A stretch of DNA of 54,738 nucleotides, taken from the IMG/VR virus record IMGVR_UViG_3300043372_000548, positions 1 to 54,738 of that record. One strand, 5' to 3'. The stretch is from a virus (taxonomy: Duplodnaviria; Caudoviricetes). Shown in pieces: positions 13,401-19,400 of the stretch; positions within the stretch are counted from its first letter, which is position 1, and each line of letters begins with the position of its first letter. A model generated the notes under the pieces. That model was not told the origin of the DNA and did no database searches. It saw nothing but the letters and a program-made list of their open reading frames with translations. Both the position numbers and the translations under genes were made by a program.

Positions 13401-16400
13401 TGGCGTTTGGCTTTCGCGGTAGCCGTCATTAGCAAACTCATCGAAAGCGGTGACTATCTCAGAAACATCAGCGGCATCGGGGGCACTGTCAGCAAGATCG
13501 GCGGGTGTCGTATCGCGCGGCGTGCGGCGTGCAAGGTAAAAATGGGCGATGTCTTGCAGTGAATAGCCTTCTGCTGCACCAATGGCGAGCGGTGTATTCA
13601 TGCTGCCTACGGGGAAAGGCGAAGGCTTACCGGTGGCTTGATTGAGCTTTCCAGTAGCAGCAAGTGCAGCAAACTCTTGCACGGTCATGTCATTGACCTG
13701 CGCGAGCATTTGAGGCCAGTCTGGCGCTACTTCTTCGCCGGCGGCGGAACGCTGAACTTCCCGTAAGGGAGTTTGTCTAGGGCCGTTTGTATCTCTTTCT
13801 GCTGCGCTATTTCGGCGGCTGTTATTGGTGGAGATTTCTTCATTGGAACGACTGTCTAAGATACCCCAAAACTGGGGATTTACAATGGAAAACTGCGGGC
13901 CTGGAGCCGTTTTTTCAACAATGGCGTGAGGTTTTGGCGGCGTGTTATCGTACACATCCGCCAGATCCACGAGCGGAATGTAAGCCTTCACCGCGGCGTT
14001 GAAGGAGCGATGAGCCCCCATCAAAACATCGACCGGCACCCAGCGGCCTGAATTTTGCCCACGCAACACGGCGCGGGTAATGGCTTCTCGGGGGTCAATA
14101 CTGACGCCAATGAGATGAATCTTTAAACCCGAGGCTTTCCAGCGCTTGAATAACACCTTGGTTTTTTCTGCATTGGCTAAAGTGCCGTCGAAGACAATAT
14201 TGTAACGGGCGGGTTTCCCCGCAGGAATGGCGCGATCCATAAGCAGCGTGGTAATCTGGCTGCTTTCCTCATGCACCGTGGCAGCGGCTCGGCCATCGCC
14301 GGCTAGCTTTAGCTCATGATACTCAGGAATGAGTTCTTTGATGTCGTCCGCATTGATCTCGACCGTGTTGTCGGTGTTGACTGTGCCTCGCTTTTTAAGG
14401 ATGCCTAAAATGGTGCTTTTACCAGCGCCACCGCCACCGCCCATGGCGTAGAGAGTGGGCTGCGTGCCAGCAGGCACAGGCGTAGCACGCTGCATAAAAT
14501 ACTGCACCACGGCGCGCTGAAAAGCAGCCCGTGGAATGGTTCGATCAGCGGGAAGGATTCCCGTCACCACCAAAGGATGATCGGTACGCAAGGTGGCACT
14601 GGTTTTGGTTTCTGTCGGCTTCAGGAGGTCATCATCCGCCGGCAGCGTCTTCGGCATGTTGGGGAAACCGTATTCATTCCACCCATGCGGCCAATCGGCC
14701 CCAAACTGCTTTAACAAACGCGGATCAGTCGCTTTACTGCCTGAATATAAGGCCGGCGGCTCAGGAGTAGGTTGTGGCTGTGCTTGGGAGGCGACTTGAT
14801 TGTCGAGTTGGTCAATGCGGTTTTGGCTACGCGGTGTCTCAATGATGAGATCAATCGGGTAAACACTGCCGTCTGTGGCGGTAATGAAGTTTTTAGGCAG
14901 CGCATCAGAAACGACAGTGCTGCCGTCCCACCACGCACCTTCATAAGCGCGCTGGAAGCCTTTCCGGCGCATATAGCCGTCAATCTCTTCCAATGTAGAT
15001 GGCCGGCCTCTCTGCCAGCGCTGCGAAGTGACAAGTCGGGGACCTGATTCACCAGGGAACTGAATCCAGCCTTCGATGGCGATGTCATCCCCAAACATTT
15101 CGTTTTGGCGGGCCATCTGCTCTAGATAACCACCCAGAGAACCGCGAGCACCAAATTCGCCGGCGTTGGTGAGCTTAATAGCCGTGTCTCCGCGTGGGTC
15201 TCGGTGACGGTAAACAGTGTGTTCTTGCCCTTTTAAAAGGTCTTCTTCAGGTATCTGCCGTACGTGTTGACCCCATGCGCCAAGGTCTAGCTTTGGGAGC
15301 GCTTCCAAGCCTCTCTGGCTTGCTGAATAAATACCGGCTCCTCTGCTACCACTTCCGCTCCCACCTTCACTCCTAGTGCGCGCATTGCCGCTGTCTGAGC
15401 TTTCTCGTCCTCCGGTGACTGGTAAGCCCTGGAGTTGAGCTCGCGCGATTCGCGGGTTCCGGAACGAATTAGAAGTTTGGATTCCATAACGAGCTAATGT
15501 AGCATCAATCGTTAAAGATTCAACGGGTTTGATCCATTCTGGAACAACTCTTTTACTGCCTGAGAAGAGGCTTAACTGCTCAGAACCAAGCGCCTGTCCT
15601 GTGGTCTGGGTTTCCAAGCGCAGATCTTCCGCAGGTTTGGAAATGCGGGTGGTGGCGTCATCAAAAAGGAAAGTCTGACCGAGTGACATCTCGGCAGTTT
15701 CCAGCGCTTTGGATTGGCCTGGGGTAAGAGTCTGCTTAGCCGACAGGGTGCGGTAAAGTTTCAGTGCGGTGGCGGGTGGCAGTGTGGGGGTTTTAGTCCC
15801 AGAAGCTAGCCTTGGCTGCGCAGTCTCTTGGCTAGAAGTCTGGCCTGTAGCCAGGGCAAACAATTCTTCCCGTGTCGGGCGCGGTTCGTCACCAAACAAA
15901 CTCTGCTGCTTGGGGTCGCCAAGACTAAGCACTGCGCCGTTGTAGCGGGCGAAGGACTCGATCATGTTTTTGGCAGAGCGGGCGTTTTCGTCCAAAAATC
16001 GCAGGATGCTAGCTTGGATGCTATTGGGCGGAGTGTAGCCGGCTTCGTTGACCAGTCCTGGCTCCAAGTAAGTGGACACCGGTTTCCCTGCTTTGCGTGC
16101 TTTGGCAAAGTAATAGGACGCCCATGCCACATCAGCAGAAATATCCATATCAAACAGATCACCCTCATTCATACGGGCCTTCATGTCTGCAAGGGCGGGA
16201 GCAATACTGGAGAGGACGCGGCTCAGATTTCTATTTTCCTCTTCAACAGATCCCACCATAGTGTCGATCATCGCACGGGCCTGCTTATCTTTGCCATAAG
16301 CATAGGCCAGCAAAGCACGTTGGATGCGCTCCATACCATCGGCCCCAAGTCCTCCGTCATCGTCGAAAAATCGTTCTTTTTGGGAATCGTCGTGGACAAG

Positions 16401-19400
16401 GTTTCGCTCAAACCAGCGGAAAAAGTTCATGTTAGAACTACCAGGAAGGCTTCCGTCCTCAGTAGCGTTAATCAGTGCAAGTCCAGGCGATAAAGCGGCA
16501 GCGTCTTGATAAGCTTGATCGACCGGCCCCATCTCAGCGTTGCCCATCTCGGCCAATTTACGCAGGTTTACATCCTCATCGATGATGTAGATAAGCTTGG
16601 GTTTTTGAATCTTTTGCAGAGCTTCGTTGGAGATACCAAAGCTGGCAGCCTGGGCTCGCAGATCCTTTTCATACTGAAGGATATTTGGAAAGTCCGACGG
16701 ATTCGCATAAGCGTGATCGATTGCAACGTCACGATGGTTGCCAATGATGACATGGTGGTTACGTGATACTTTAGCGGCACCATCTCGGATGCCGCCGGCG
16801 GTGCTAGAAAGCCTGGAGAAATCCGCGTTGGTGGCGATTTGCTTCCGCTTCTGGGCTGAAATGGCGACACCGTCAGTCTTGCGAGGCTGAAAAACCTGCG
16901 GAAAATCTGTTCGGCTCTGGCCCGCAAAATTCATGCTGGCAATGGTCGCCGGACTGTTGGCTTCAACCACGGCGGGCCGCAGGCGGACCTTTTGTCCATT
17001 CGGAGCGGTGACGGTAATGGATGTGCCAAGGGCCGCGCCTGGGAAGATCACCTCCAAGGGCCGCATGTCCGTAGGTGGTGCGTCCACTGACGGGGCGTTA
17101 AGATCAGCACTTTCGTCGTTGGGCGATGTCTTGCCCCCTTTAGACTTTACTGATGCCACCGGCGTCTTTTTCGCCATAGGCTTGAGCGCCGGTAGCGTCG
17201 CCAGTCGAGAAGGATCACCTTTGGACCGTGCCTGCATTTCAAGCACCAGATTGCCCACTTCCTCGATCATGGTTTCCAGATCGGCCTGAACTTCAGGGCT
17301 GGCTTTGCTTACCAAATCTCTCAGAGCGTTTCCGAGATCGTTGAGCATGTCCATAAGCCACTGGGCTAAAGACTTATCTTGCGCGGCAGCCTCAGACACT
17401 TGACCGGCAAACTTCCGGTCTTGAATCATCATGCGCAGGAACTCGTTAAATAACTGCCACTGCTGCCCAGCGCGCATATCACCAGGCATTTGGCTTGGTT
17501 GCGTCTTGTTTAGAATATCGATTGCGTGATAGCTCTCCCAGACTTTCTGGCGGAGTTCCGGTGTCAACGAATTCCAACGTTTCACCAATTCGCCCATGCC
17601 ATACTTGCCTGGGTTTTGCTTGGCTAAGGTCAGCACCGCAGCATGAATGGTTTCCTCGACCATTGTGGCCGTAATACCTGCTTCTGCGTCGGTAAGGTTA
17701 CTGAGTTCTTTCAGCACGTTGGAAAGGTCCAAGGCCAGCACGGTTTGACCGTCGATCACGTTAACAGCCAAAGCGGAGCCACCTAGCAGGCTTTTAGCAC
17801 TGTCTCCTAGTGCCAATGTTCCAAATAGGGCATGATTCTCTGCTAAAGCACGTTCAAGGATGTTTAATGTTTTGCGCGCCTGTGGCCGCTTGCTTGCAGG
17901 TAACGAGGTTAATACCTGGAGACGTGCCCGACTCCATGCCGAGTTACGGCGAAGGTCAGCTGGGCGCGAAGGTGTTTCTGCCACGACATCGGTATCCGCT
18001 ACAGGCTCACCGGCGGCATTTACTTTTCCTTTTGCTAGACTGCCACCACGGGCAGCCGTCTCAGCCCGTGATAACCAGGGGAGAAAGCTGAGCTTATACT
18101 GCTTGTTTAAATCGCTGTTGTTTTCAGATGACTGGGCCACAAACTCAGCCGCCAAGGCAGCCGCTTCTTCCTCGGTGTAAGAACCGTCTTTGACGATCTT
18201 GGCCGCAAGTTGTTCCGCGCGCTCCTGCTGAGGAAAGCTAAGTTTAGGGGCCGTTGTCGATGGCTGCGCTTTTTTATAAACTGTTTCCTGGTTAGAAGTA
18301 GCGGGCGCGGCAGCGGCAGGCGGAGCCACCACCGCGCCCTGGGTCGTATCCTCCCCACCACTCGCAGGGGAAGCGGCACCTTGGGCCGATGATCCACGGG
18401 CAGACTGTTCTTCACTAGACGCGGGAGCCTGGCTAGGGGAAGGGTCTGCAACAGGGGAAACAGGCGCGGTTTTAGCGGCGGACTGGCTAGCCAAACGCTG
18501 GCTAAAGTCCGCAGGCACACGCAGAGGGTTGTCTTGGGCGCGGGAAGTGCTCAGACTGCCAGAAAGGCCAAGTTCACGCAGAATCTTGGGGTAGTCTTTG
18601 GTTATGGCTTGCTCGACATAATTTTCACCAATCACACCCTGCTTGTTGACCAAATACTGCGCCACTTGCGCAGCCTCAGCAGGGGCCAAACCAAGGTCTT
18701 GGAAATGGGTTGTGAAGTCGCGAATGCGCTGGCCCTCTGGGGTAGACGTATCCACCCCAGATGTGGCGCTGTCTGATGCAGCCACTGGTTTGGATTGTGC
18801 GCGTGCAGTTATTGGCGCTTCAGATTGGGTGGCCGTCGGTATTTTAACGCCATGATTGGCTGGAATAGCTGCCGCTACTTCGGGCAGATTTTGTGCCAGG
18901 CTAGCACGATAAGCCGGGCTAATCGTAGCCACACCGGCGCTATCTACTTCCAGCACCTCAGGACCAGTGTAACCTTTTAGCCGTTCGATCTGCCCTTCGG
19001 GCAAAGTGATGCCTTTGCTATTTCGTCCTGTCCAGCCGGCAGCATTGAGTTGGGTTTCTTCCAAGTCCTCAACACTACCACCCTGGGCCACCGCTAAGGC
19101 CACGCTAGCGCGCTCCTGCATACCAGGAATGTCCGCAGGATTTAAATCCTCGCGATTACTTAGCTGATCAATAGACGACCAAGCAGCAGCAGCCACTTCA
19201 GGCCGCAGAGCAGGGTCCGCAGGCTCCACAGGTGCCACTTGCGCGACGTTGGGTTGTGTCGCGTCACGAGGCGCGCGGGAGCTTTCGCGGATGGCCTGAA
19301 TGCCTTCTCCTGCCCCACCAAGTGCAAAGATAGCTGCGGAGAGTTCAGGCAGGCTTTCTACAAATTGAGCAAGCGCTTGCGGAACCGATTCGCCACTGGC

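Noticed and set aside
7349-16927. Other +1-frame ORFs overlapping folded domains (7349, 10370, 10607, 14711, 15962, 16568)
   Set aside because: They overlap catalytic domains rather than linkers, lack promoter-like elements and read as shadow frames
18107-18520. 137-aa +1-frame ORF in the long linker
   Set aside because: L/P/R-rich composition expected from reading Ala/Pro/Ser codons out of frame; no good start
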